Below, piece by piece: positions 63,401 through 64,000 of a stretch of 64,000 bases of DNA. Position numbers and translations under genes: made by a program. Positions within the stretch are counted from its first letter, which is position 1. Each line of letters begins with the position of its first letter. The notes under the pieces are model-generated. The model did no database searches and was not told the DNA's origin. It saw only the letters and a list, made by a program, of their open reading frames with translations. This stretch comes from Camelus dromedarius (lineage: Eukaryota): assembly GCF_036321535.1 (NCBI RefSeq), contig NC_087436.1, forward strand, positions 25,546,001 through 25,610,000, written 5' to 3'.

Positions 63401-64000
63401 TATTCATTATTTTCTTGAGGTCACTTTCCATTTTAGGTGTCAATGTGAAGTACAGCATATTGTCAGTTTCACAAAATAATAATGATTTGAAAAACAGTTA
63501 AGGCCCTCTGATGAGTTTGTCATGAAATTCCTATCAGAGAGACTTTGTTTGAATCTGTTTTGTTTTATATAATAAAAAATATATTCTCAGTATAAACCTA
63601 CAACCATACATTTAAAAGAATGGTTTCCACTTGGGTTGAATAAACAGCTATACGGACAGGATGTAAACCTACCATCCAGCTTTGTTTCGTAGTAGATGAA
63701 CCAGTTACTAGAATTATGTATATTTTCAAACCTACTAATCTGTGACCAGAATATGATCTACCATGATCACTATTTAAAATTTTAATGGACCACACTCATC
63801 ATTACTTTCCTCCCCAAATGGTGATGCTTTCCATAATGGAATGGATTCTTTTATTGTAAAAGAAATCCCATTGCTTTATTTCTACTCCATTTAACTTCAT
63901 TCCTTGCAACTTTGAGTTCATACTGCTGTTTAAATTTATTTTGGTATTGTTTAAATATAATCAAGATGAAACTGTTTTTAAAATAAATTAACTAAATAGT

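Overview
AT-rich, CpG-depleted mammalian genomic DNA. It is most likely camelid: there are three tRNA-derived SINEs that look like vic-1 and cetartiodactyl-type L1 3' ends. I find no supportable protein-coding gene, and the window reads as intergenic or deep intronic. The recognisable ORFs are L1 ORF2 fragments plus one MaLR-internal frame; the rest look like chance ORFs. Much of the window is transposable-element debris: young and old L1s, L2, MIR, MaLR/ERVL/ERV1 LTRs, hAT MITEs and SINEs. Repeat family names come from my recall of consensus sequences, not from a search, and most boundaries are approximate. I did not find a clearly new biological system. The most notable locus is a minus-strand LTR-internal-LTR MLT1 (MaLR) element at ~8950-11120. 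Its 3' LTR is CpG-rich and keeps a TATA-like box, a GTGAGT splice donor and AATAAA, whereas its 5' LTR has lost that core. Its internal region holds a perfect 22-bp hairpin and a 168-codon open frame. Other points are a solo ERV1-type LTR with intact 4-bp TSDs splitting a MIR, a nested and internally deleted L1 cluster, and several repeat-free enhancer-, CTCF- or lncRNA-exon-like segments.
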